A DNA stretch of 64,000 nucleotides from contig CM061254.1 in NCBI GenBank assembly GCA_022605425.2, forward strand, positions 682,001-746,000, in the 5' to 3' direction. The position numbers were made by a program, and so were the translations under genes. Below are positions 40,146-49,739 of this stretch, one piece after another (the stretch's first letter is position 1; the number at the start of each line of letters is the position of its first letter). The notes beneath the pieces are model-generated. The model did no database searches. It had not been told where the DNA came from and worked only from the letters and a program-made list of their open reading frames with translations. This stretch comes from Hamiltosporidium tvaerminnensis FI-OER-3-3 (taxonomy: Eukaryota; Fungi; Microsporidia).

Positions 40146-40839
40146 TTCATTTACAAGATCAAATATTTTTGAAGAAGCCGCAAATGTTGAATTTTATTCA
40201 TGGCATTGAAGTAGTTCGGGTTTATCCTGAATAAAAACCATTTAAACACTCCATCGTTATCCTTAAGATACATAATTTGAAAAATATCGTCAAGAGGGTA
40301 TTTATAACCAATTTATGCGTGGAGCATTTGCCCTCAGTTCGTTAAAGTTCTTGGCCTAGAGAATAATCGCGGAATTAACCACTTTGAAAACCTTAAAGAC
40401 CAGCAGAATTTTCATTTACTTAAAACTTTCTACCAAAAACAACTTTCACTATGGTATATCTCGATGACTTGGATAGAGTCCAATTATACGTTGAAATATT
40501 ATCCCAACATAGGACCTATTACTTAGCATTCTACGCCTTTTAGAGCACCTGGGCGCTAAGTCTTCTTCATGAAGGCAAGGCTGTTTTTTAATTGTTTTAC
40601 ATGGCAATTACTTCCAATTTCAACCTTGTTTTAAAATCTATTTACATAGAACACTATAAATTATTTATGTAGAAAATTTTCTTTTTTAGCAAACCATATC
40701 TTCTTTAGACAAATTTTCCTGAAATAACTGACAATATAGTATTGTGTTCATGCCTCAAGAATGCAAACAATGTTTTTTACCCCAATTTGACATACATAGA
40801 CCCAAACTATGGTTTTAAATGTAGTTATCTTTCTTTCAT
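40146..40839 (-). mobile_element. Family A element, old copy (A4)
   Basis: Matches AACACTCCATCG, ACTTAGC...GGCGCTAAGTCTTC, GCAAGGCT, TTTTACATGGCAATTAC, CAAACAATG and GT(A/G)GTTATC in the same order and spacing as A3/A5. Confidence 0.75.
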
Positions 40840-41983
40840 TACATCAAAAATTATAAAATAATTTAACTCATATTTTTATTTTATTTAAAAAATACGAACC
40901 TTTCATATTTTGAAGTCACTAAATCGAAATTTATAATATTTGAAGTAAAATATGTGTTATGTATTTTTAATTACCAAATATTTATAAAAAATCTGTTTTT
41001 TACGTTGGTAGAGACTCAAACATCTTAATACTTTTATAATGTATTCTGAAATACTCGGGATGTATAATAGATCTATCATGACTTCAATTAATCTAATTCA
41101 TATTTTTATATGTTTTATCTATATTGTCTTTTCCGTTTATTTTTTTTTATTTTAGACACAAAAATTGGTTTCCTAAAATTTATCCAAGAAATCTTAGCTT
41201 GAGTATTTTCTTTGAATATTTATTCTATACCTTAATATTTAAGTAAAAACTAGATTTTAATATCTGTGCATCTCCCAATAAACCTATTTAATATCAAGAT
41301 TTATTTTAAAACTGATATAAAGAATTTGTCAGAATTTCAATCCTTTTCTACAATTTAATAAATGATTTTTAATGTATTTATAGTCTGATTGATGTCTATG
41401 GTTACCAATTTGGATTCTATAATAGTTTGTAGTAATATATATTAGTTTATGAAAATGGATGTGTTATAACACACCATATACAAATAAAAAAATGTTTGTG
41501 TAAAATTTTTCCTAGTGCTTAGAGTTTTCGTGTATAAAACTTTTGAAAAATATTTTAAAAGAAATATTCATACTCTACAAATATTTTAACTTATCTAAAA
41601 TAAATATATCTGGTTAATATTCTGAATTTTAACATCAATTTATTTTGGTGTCCATCCTTATCTCTGCATACTCGTTATCAAGAATTTCTTAAAGGGAAGA
41701 TTCCTAATTGTTTTAAAAACAGGGGTTTAATATTTAAATATTTATATTAATTCTATCCATTTGTTCTATTTCATGCATAATATAATTCCATTCATTTATT
41801 TTTAAAAACTATTCTTTAAAAGCAATTCCTATTTTTTCTATAACAAATTCAAGCTATTCTCATAATCCATACTTTTCCCAAAGCATAAAATACATTCGAA
41901 TAAATAATTTATATTTCCAAATTTATTTGTCGCTTTTTCCCTTTAAATCTGCCCTTCAAAAAAAATACAAACAAAAAACAAAA

Positions 41984-42679
41984 ATGAAGAAAAACACCAC
42001 CGACCAAAAAAAAGAAAACCACCCATCAAAAAACTCACCACACAAACCAGACCAAAAAAAAGCAATCGAGCCACCAAAACAAGAAAAACGAACACCTGCT
42101 GAAGTATGGCAGAACGCTGCGCGTCTTCTTGAAACAAAAAAGAAAGAACCGCCCAAAAAAGTACTTCTCACCTTCGAATACCCCGAAATCCAAAAAAAAC
42201 TTTCACAGTTAAAAGCCAAAAAAGAAGAAAATTCTACCGTAAAAACAGGAAATTCCCATTCTTTTACTTCTGCAGAAATAGAAAATGCAATTATTTACCG
42301 TACATTCTTCCACATAACCGACAAAACAAATACAGACACACCCCAACACCAAAATACTTCACACACCTCTTCAAACACAAACTTATTCCACGATCCACTT
42401 TTCTACACCAAATTAGATATAGACACTCTTTTTTTCATATTTTACTGCCAGCCAAACACAGTACACCAATACTTTGCTGCTAAACAACTTAAAAACTACT
42501 CATGGCGCTTCCACACAAAATACCACACCTGGTTCCAAAGATTAGAAGAACCTAAAATTATTACAGAAAGCTACGAACAAGGAATATTCTTATTTTTTGA
42601 TTATGACGTCACCTGGACAAACCGTAAAAAAAAAGATTTTACTTTTGAATATAAATATCTAGAAAACATAGAAATGTAA
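41984..42679 (+). CDS. NOT5: CCR4-NOT complex subunit Not3/Not5 (NOT-box), short form
   Basis: C-terminal NOT box: KLDIDTLFFIFY..QYFAAKQLK..SWRFHTKYHTWFQR..EQG.FLFFDY..W..RKK.DFTFEYKYLE. First in-frame ATG at 41984, with CCC motifs upstream. Confidence 0.92.
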   Translation: MKKNTTDQKKENHPSKNSPHKPDQKKAIEPPKQEKRTPAEVWQNAARLLETKKKEPPKKVLLTFEYPEIQKKLSQLKAKKEENSTVKTGNSHSFTSAEIENAIIYRTFFHITDKTNTDTPQHQNTSHTSSNTNLFHDPLFYTKLDIDTLFFIFYCQPNTVHQYFAAKQLKNYSWRFHTKYHTWFQRLEEPKIITESYEQGIFLFFDYDVTWTNRKKKDFTFEYKYLENIEM

Positions 42680-42869
42680 AAATTTATATTCTTTGTAAAT
42701 CTATAATATGTTTCTTTCCATGTTCTTGTATGCTCTTTAATAGGTTTCTGTTGATTTTTTATTTCTTTATGTGTTTGTAGAAAAATATTTTTTAAATAAA
42801 TTACTTTTGAAAATTAAAAAGTTTAAATAAAATACTTTTAATAATAATGTTTGATTATACTCCTACATT

Positions 42870-43112
42870 AAAACCCTCTTATTTATACGTACTAATCAAT
42901 AACACCCTCTTCTTATTACCATTATTAATAACACCCTCTTAACTACTACCATTATTGATAATCCCCTTTAAATGATACTACTTATTAATAACACCCTATT
43001 AACTACTATCCTTATAAATAACACCCTCTATCATACTACTTATAAATAACACCCTCTTAACTACTATCCTTATAAATAACACCTTCTATCATACCTCTAT
43101 CATTAACACACT
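42870..43112. repeat. Degenerate ~30-bp minisatellite with TAACACCCTC core between convergent NOT5 and TRF4
   Basis: Repeated AATAACACCCTCTTAACTACTA(C/T)C / ...CTTATAAATAACACCCTC, about 7 copies. Confidence 0.85.
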
Positions 43113-44342
43113 CTACCTTTCCCTACCCTTTATTTCCTTATACTTCTCTACAATCCCTCTCCTCCATTCTTCTTCCTTCTCATCCAAATTAACCCACACA
43201 CTTAAGACACACTTATTAGAATCTACCTCTCCACTTAAAATAACACTCATTATTCTATAACAATGATTAAATACTTCTTTAACACTTTGTATTGTAGAAC
43301 AACCATGTCCTACATTATAAGAAGGATCATCAGGGTCCTCTATATTCAAACAGGCATCAAAAGATTTGTCATAAAATTTGTTAAAATTAGTATTATTATT
43401 ATCACTTCTATTATAATACCCCTTATTATCACTTCTGTTATACCCCTTATTATCACTTATGTACTCACCCTTACCCTCATCTCTATATTCTGTGTTATTC
43501 TCTTCTATTCTATTGTAATATCCTTTATGACTAATCATAACACTTCTATCGTATTTAAAATCTATTCCAAAGTATTGAAAGAAATCCATAAAAAGGACTC
43601 CCATATTTAGAAGGGGGTTAACGGTTTTAAGCTGTATCAGAGGGTGTAGATTAAAAAAATGGTTAAGAAGTAGAAACTGTGCGTATGAACAGAGACCGCC
43701 GCGTCTGGTCTGTGACATATCACGTTTAAATAAAAAATATTTTAAAACTAAACAAAAATTGTGTAAATACGGTTTTTTTTGTAATGCAGTGTGTACATAT
43801 CTAGATTGTGACATATTGTTGATAGAAATGTCAAATCGTATTTTGTATAAAATATCGCGACATTTTATTATGGGGATGCGTGCTTTGTTGAGGTGTATAA
43901 TACTAATTGGTTCTATAAATTCCGTGTTCTGTAAAATTAAACATATTTTTTTTAAAAGAATATTTTCTTCTTTTTTTTGATTGCTGTCGCTTTTTATGGT
44001 GGGACATGATATTGATAGGTCTATGTCGCTGGTTGTTAGGAATAGGTTGTGGCTGTAACTGCCCATCACTGTGCAGTGGAGGTTTAGCTTTTCGAGAAAT
44101 AAAAGTTGAAATTTTGAAATTAAAAAATTTCGAATTTCTATTTCTGTAGGCGTGGGTTTGAGTGTCTGTGATAGTGTTAGTAATTCTGTGTTGAGTCTTT
44201 CTAAAGGTGAGATGTATTGTGGTACTGCTGTTTTTTTTGTGGAGGTGTCTGGTATTTTTGTGTAGAGGAAGTGTGTTGGTGGTTTGGATGAATAGTCTGA
44301 TTTAATGTTTACAGATTTGTAAGGAATAAAAGAGTCGTCCAT
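43113..44342 (-). CDS. TRF4: Non-canonical poly(A) polymerase Trf4/Trf5 (PAP2, TRAMP complex)
   Basis: Nucleotidyltransferase motif GSYSHNLFLTTSDIDL, KARIPIIK..FDISIN, GGLCSYA, and PAP-associated LNIEDPDDPSYNVG. CCCCCTTTTTACC-ATG start context. Confidence 0.93.
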   Translation of the reverse strand: MDDSFIPYKSVNIKSDYSSKPPTHFLYTKIPDTSTKKTAVPQYISPLERLNTELLTLSQTLKPTPTEIEIRNFLISKFQLLFLEKLNLHCTVMGSYSHNLFLTTSDIDLSISCPTIKSDSNQKKEENILLKKICLILQNTEFIEPISIIHLNKARIPIIKCRDILYKIRFDISINNMSQSRYVHTALQKKPYLHNFCLVLKYFLFKRDMSQTRRGGLCSYAQFLLLNHFFNLHPLIQLKTVNPLLNMGVLFMDFFQYFGIDFKYDRSVMISHKGYYNRIEENNTEYRDEGKGEYISDNKGYNRSDNKGYYNRSDNNNTNFNKFYDKSFDACLNIEDPDDPSYNVGHGCSTIQSVKEVFNHCYRIMSVILSGEVDSNKCVLSVWVNLDEKEEEWRRGIVEKYKEIKGRER

Positions 44343-44387
44343 GGTAAAAAGGGGGTTGAGTTAAAGAAATTGTGGGTTATAAGATGT

Positions 44388-45070
44388 AGGGGGTGTTATT
44401 TACTAAGGTAGTTGGAGAGGGTGTTAAATATAAAGAGGTAGTGTGAATGGAAGGATAAAGGGGTGTTGGTAGTAAGGAATAGGAAGTGTAGGTGTAAAAT
44501 ATAAAGAGGTGGTGTGAAATGAAGGATAAAGGGGTGTTGGTAGTAAAAAATAGCAAGTATAGGTGTAAAATATAAAGAGGTGGTGTGAAAGGAAGGATAA
44601 AGGGGTGTTAATATCAAAGAGTAGCAAGGTGAAGTGTCAATAAGACAGTAATGGTGTTTAACGGAGGATTAAAGAGTATTTAGGTTAAAAGGGTGTTATT
44701 TATAAGTTAGTATGGTTTTCTTATAACACCTTTTAACTATCTATATTGTTATCTATGCTTTAACACCCATTATATTATAATATGGTAGTTACATGGTTTA
44801 ACACCCCATTAACTAAACATATATCTTTATATTGTTTAACACCCTTTAAAATACAATTTATAATTATTGTATTATCACACCCCGTTACTTATTAGAGTAC
44901 CTTAGTATGATTAACACACCTTTAGATTGTAATGAGTTCTTATGACTTAACACTCCTTTAATTAACGATTTATAAGTATAGGAATTATCACCCCTTTACC
45001 TAAACATATATTTTCATATTATTTAACACCCTTTTAAAATAGTATTTATAATATAAAAATTTAAGACCCC
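44388..45070. repeat. GGGTGTT/AACACCC minisatellite arrays filling the divergent TRF4 / ricin-B-like intergenic region
   Basis: ~70-bp units TATAAAGAGGT(G/A)GTGTGAA..GAAGGATAAAGGGGTGTT (44430-44610), then repeated TAACACC(C) on the + strand from 44720 to 45070. Confidence 0.8.
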
Positions 45071-45164
45071 TTTAATTATATGCTTGGCAAAATCTTTTTT
45101 TTGGACTTTTAAAACAAAGTTTTATAAATAAAAGCAAACACTAATAAACAAAAATACGACACAG

Positions 45165-47360
45165 ATGATATTTCTTCTTCTAATAAAAACATACCAAGCA
45201 TTTAGAATGATATATCTTAAAAACACAGAAAATATGTTCCTAACGAATATAAAAAATAACCTATGTTTGGAAAAAAGTACGTTAGACAATATTAAGTGGC
45301 AAAATGTTGTTGTACACAAACGGAAACTGTTTTTTGTTACTGATAGTGTGTATTATACTGTGGCTATGAGCTATAAAGATATACATGTTAGAATTGTGGA
45401 GGTTAAAAGCTTTCAAGAAAAACGTATTGGGATGTATCAGACAAAGAAGATTGTAGATCTTTTTGGACTGAATAAGAAGGAAGAAAGCAATGCTAATAAT
45501 GGAGGTGGAAATGGTGGGGGTAGTGGAGGTAATGGGAGTGGTAGTAACAATCCTGGGGCAAATCCTGGTTCTAATTCTAATCCTAACCCCGGTGCCAATC
45601 ATAATTCAATTTTCAATCCAACTCCAAGTTCAAATACAAATTCTATTCCTGGTTCCGTTTTTAATACAAATATGGGTTCAAATGACAGTCAAAGAAGTAT
45701 AACAACACAACGTACAAATAACAGATTATTTTCTCTAAACAGCAACAATATGCGGCCACCCGCCGTCCCAACAATAACTTCCTACACACAGATTACAAAA
45801 ACAAAAGAAAAGAAGCCATCACAACCTAAAGATAACGATGAGAACGATGAAGAAGACAGAAACGATCGAAGATTAAAACAGCGAAAAAAGAAAAAATTGC
45901 GAGAAGATTTTCATGTAGATAGCGATTCAAGTTTAGAAGAATATGAAAACGGATGCGTGTATAAAGATGCCAAGATTAAGGAAGTAGATGGTAAATACTT
46001 TCAGTTGGTTGTAAACGAAGAGTTCTGTGTTACCAGATTCGAAGGTAAATTTATTTTTGCGCCGTGCAGTGAAAACGACGGACAGTATTTTTCTATGGCG
46101 AGAGGTAATGAAATTCTTACACAGCTAAAAAAACAGAAAGAAAATGAAATGTTTTTAGAGGTTTCTAAAGTAGGATTGTTAGATAATGTTGATAGAAATG
46201 TTGAAAGATTCAACGATTTTATTAAAAGTAAAAATTTGAGTGACTTGGTTGGTAAAACAGATACTTTAAATCTACTAAAGAACCAACTATTAAGAAATTC
46301 AAATTCCTTACCAAATAATTTACCAAATAATACGAATTCATTAAAAAATAATCTACCAGATACTACAGATAGAAGTTTAAGTACTGATGATTTATTAAGA
46401 AGTGCAAATACCTTATCGGATAATACAGATAGTATTACAAGACCTAATACTCCTCCAGATATTACAGATAGAAATATCTACACTGAGGAAAGAAGTGGAG
46501 ATGACACGAAAAACAAAATGTCTTTACAGAACACACAAAGACTCAAACAACTTCTGAAAACTGTTAATCCAGACATTTCAGACGAAGTACTTAACAAAAT
46601 ATTAAAAATAAATAAAAATGAACCAGAAAGTCAACCAGAAGGAGAAAAGGAAAATACATTTGGATTTATAAATAATCATAATAATGAAAAAATAAATTCC
46701 TATTCAGAAATTTCAAATATAAAAAAGGATGGAAATGAAATAACAGAAAGTATTTTTAATAAAGAGAGCCCTATAAACAATAAGTTTACTGATAGGACTG
46801 GTAATTCAGATGATAAGACAGGTAAGTTCGATAGTTATAAGATTAATACAGGTACTGACTTCGTTTATCCATACAATAATTCGCAACCTAGAAATACAAC
46901 CACCCCTACATATTACAACAGTTTATATAAATTACCAGATAAGGAAATAACAAAAGAAGTAAAAAATAAAGAAACTGTAAAATTTAAACTTAAAGATTTA
47001 TCAAAACGACCTTCATTTTATACCACACAAAAAATAGAAGGAAAACCGATGGACACAAAACCCAACAACTCCGCACCGCTAAACCTTTCCAAACTAATAA
47101 CTTCTCCACAAAAATCTTTAAAAAATACAGAATTTTCTAAAAATAAGACAAATATTATATCTAACTCATATAATAAAGACAAAAGTAAAAGTAATATAGT
47201 GTCAGATGATTTTGATAGTACATTTGGTAACCTTAAAGAAGATATTGCTAAGACAGAAAGTATGTTTGGTAATCTTAGATCAGACACACTGGAAGGATCA
47301 TCAGATAAAGAAGATTTTATATCTAAATTACAAAAAACCTTTAAAGAAAACTCTTTTTAA
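45165..47360 (+). CDS. Secreted N/S-rich protein with ricin-B (beta-trefoil) lectin-like motifs
   Basis: 731-aa ORF with a short hydrophobic N-terminus. Motifs NNLCLE..IKW and YFQLVVNEEFCVTRFEGKFIFAPCSENDGQYF (C-x11-C followed by QxF) resemble microsporidian ricin-B-lectin proteins; long low-complexity tracts. The ORF itself is well supported, the product call is tentative. Confidence 0.6.
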   Translation: MIFLLLIKTYQAFRMIYLKNTENMFLTNIKNNLCLEKSTLDNIKWQNVVVHKRKLFFVTDSVYYTVAMSYKDIHVRIVEVKSFQEKRIGMYQTKKIVDLFGLNKKEESNANNGGGNGGGSGGNGSGSNNPGANPGSNSNPNPGANHNSIFNPTPSSNTNSIPGSVFNTNMGSNDSQRSITTQRTNNRLFSLNSNNMRPPAVPTITSYTQITKTKEKKPSQPKDNDENDEEDRNDRRLKQRKKKKLREDFHVDSDSSLEEYENGCVYKDAKIKEVDGKYFQLVVNEEFCVTRFEGKFIFAPCSENDGQYFSMARGNEILTQLKKQKENEMFLEVSKVGLLDNVDRNVERFNDFIKSKNLSDLVGKTDTLNLLKNQLLRNSNSLPNNLPNNTNSLKNNLPDTTDRSLSTDDLLRSANTLSDNTDSITRPNTPPDITDRNIYTEERSGDDTKNKMSLQNTQRLKQLLKTVNPDISDEVLNKILKINKNEPESQPEGEKENTFGFINNHNNEKINSYSEISNIKKDGNEITESIFNKESPINNKFTDRTGNSDDKTGKFDSYKINTGTDFVYPYNNSQPRNTTTPTYYNSLYKLPDKEITKEVKNKETVKFKLKDLSKRPSFYTTQKIEGKPMDTKPNNSAPLNLSKLITSPQKSLKNTEFSKNKTNIISNSYNKDKSKSNIVSDDFDSTFGNLKEDIAKTESMFGNLRSDTLEGSSDKEDFISKLQKTFKENSF

Positions 47361-47689
47361 CTCAAATAATAAATAATAATTAATAATTTCTTAGTCTATC
47401 ATTTTTCATAGAATAGTTGAATATTTAAGCAATTGTGTATTTCTGTATTTCTGTAGTTTCGTATTAATGTATTAAATTATGGAAATATTTAAAAAAAATT
47501 GTAATTTAATTTAGTTAATATAAAAGACTATTTAAAAACATGTAAAATATAAATAAAAAGAAAAAAAAAAATTGTAATTTAATTTATTTAATATAAAAGA
47601 ATAAATCAGTAATTTGAATAATAAAAAAAACATTAAGAGATATAAATAAATAATTAAATCTATCAAATATAAATGAGTAATTTGAAAAA

Positions 47690-47965
47690 TTTAAATCAGT
47701 AGATCAATTAAATAGCAGACCTTTAATTAAATGGCTTAATTAAATAAAAGAAATTTAAATCAATAGATCAATTAAATAATAGACCTTTAAATAAAAGACC
47801 TTTAATTAAATGGCTTAATTAAATAAAAGAAATTTAAATCAATAGATCAATTAAATAAAGGACCTTTAAATAAAAGACCTTTCATTAAATAAAAGACCTT
47901 TAATTAAATAGTAGACCTTTAATGGCTCAATTAAATATAAGAAATATAAATCAGTAATTTAATTA
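47690..47965. repeat. Composite tandem repeat (AGACCTTTAATTAAAT / AAATCAATAGATCAATTAAAT) 3' of RAE1
   Basis: ~79-bp unit repeated more than twice, with internal AAAAGACCTTTAA sub-repeats. Confidence 0.8.
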
Positions 47966-48011
47966 AATAAATATTAAAAAACCAGTATAAATTAAAGTAA
48001 GAAAAATCATT

Positions 48012-48959
48012 TTATATCCTTGTATTATCAATATTAACTATTCGTATTTCATTTGGTAATACAGTTGGTTCATATCCTTTAGACCAATCATATCCACTAG
48101 CAATACCTAAATACTTAGAATCATCACTAAACTTACATACAACAACAGGTGACTTAAAATTAAGTATATCTGATCTTGTACGTGCATTAGTATTAATAAG
48201 AGTAAATGTACCATCAGATTCTCCGATAGAAATTAAGTCATTGTTTGAAGGTAGCATAGAAATACAGTTAATACTGGTAACTTCTGTAGTAGTTTTACAG
48301 ATTTTAAATAAATATCCTTTGGAAGGGGTATTTAAAGATTTAACTTCTATTCTCCCTTCTATCCCTCCTAATATAACAATATCATTATCTGAATTACATT
48401 TTAAAGAACGTATTTGCCAATTAAGTCTGGATTTGTGCTGTTTAGGGGTATTTATATTATTTAGTTCGTATGAGGTGAGTTGGTTATTAGGGGTACAACA
48501 AAATAACATCTCGTTTGTACAATCGAAACTGATAATTCTGTCTGGTAAATTTAATGTATGGACAGGTTTTGGTTGGCGGTAATCCCAAAATTTTATAGTT
48601 TTGTCGAAAGAAACCGTTACAAGAATATTTGACATATTTTTAATGTATCTGATACCACCATCGTGTGCTTGGTGGTGTACGGCTTGTCCTGTATACAGAT
48701 CGTATATTATTAGTTTTCCGTCACCACCACCTGCATAGCAGTGTGTGTTGGTTGGATTGAATGTACAGCACAGTAAAGGTCTGTCGTGTAAATATTGTGA
48801 TTTCATCGTGTATGGTGGTGTACTGTAGTTGTAAAATCTTAGTGAATTGTCCCATGCAGATACCGCCATAAACTGGTGTGTAGAGTTAAAACTAAGATCT
48901 GAAGGTGTATCGGTTGGTAAATTTTGTAGTTCGTTTTGTGTTCGGATATATTTTTGCAT
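48012..48959 (-). CDS. RAE1: mRNA export factor Rae1/Gle2 (WD40 repeat)
   Basis: WD repeats (SAWDNSLRFY, AHDGGIR, SFDKTIKFWDYRQ..LPDR), SRLNWQIRSL, GGIEGRI and the diagnostic C-terminal YDWSKG. CCCTTTCGA-ATG context. Confidence 0.88.
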   Translation of the reverse strand: MQKYIRTQNELQNLPTDTPSDLSFNSTHQFMAVSAWDNSLRFYNYSTPPYTMKSQYLHDRPLLCCTFNPTNTHCYAGGGDGKLIIYDLYTGQAVHHQAHDGGIRYIKNMSNILVTVSFDKTIKFWDYRQPKPVHTLNLPDRIISFDCTNEMLFCCTPNNQLTSYELNNINTPKQHKSRLNWQIRSLKCNSDNDIVILGGIEGRIEVKSLNTPSKGYLFKICKTTTEVTSINCISMLPSNNDLISIGESDGTFTLINTNARTRSDILNFKSPVVVCKFSDDSKYLGIASGYDWSKGYEPTVLPNEIRIVNIDNTRI

Positions 48960-49253
48960 TCGAAAGGGATGTTGAAGAGATTTTATTAAAATATATAAAA
49001 TAAGAAAAATAAATTTGTAGTTTTTTAAAAATAGATTTGTAGGAATTGAAAATATATTTGTAGTAAAAGAAAATAGATTTTGTGAGAATTAAAATAGATT
49101 TTATAGTTTTTAAAAAAAGATTTATAGGATAAAAAATAGATTTTAGGGATTAAATTTGTAGAGAAAATAAAATAAAATTTACAGTTAAATATTGCTAAAA
49201 GAAAAAATATAGAATATTATTTTCAGGAAATGATTTCTAAAGAAAATCAAAAT

Positions 49254-49682
49254 TTATTTAATAAATTCTGGGTTAAAATATTTTTATACATTTTTATATG
49301 TTTTCTTCTACCTCTTTAACCACTATTGTCTCTTCTTCCAAATCCGACTCTTCATTTATGTTATTGGTCGGTTCCTCTAAAGTGGTTCCTCCTTGTGAGA
49401 TAAGGGGTGCTTTATTTTTTGGTTTAAAATTTTAACACCATCTTTCTCTCTTTTCGCTTCTTTTAAAGGGGGTATTGATTCCTCATGCATCTCTGATGTC
49501 ATAATAACACCCATTGACGCTCTCTCCCAGCTCTCTTCGGCATTTAGTCCTGACTCAAGTCCTCTTCGTCGATCAAAGGAAATTGTTTCGACTGTTTTCT
49601 TAAGTACTAAGGACTGAATGTATGCCTCTACATTCGTGGGTATTTCTAGTCTTTTAAGCTGAGATTTATGGTATTTTGTCAC
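49254..49682 (-). mobile_element. R4/Dong-like element, young 5'-truncated 3' end
   Basis: Exact 14-bp TSD AAGAAAATCAAAAT at 49240-49253 and 49683-49696. Encodes VTKYHKSQLKRLEIPTNVEAYIQSLVLKKTVETISFDRRRG. Confidence 0.93.
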
Positions 49683-49739
49683 AAGAAAATCAAAATAAAT
49701 AGAAATAAAAATAGAAATAAAAATAAAAATTTAGAAATG

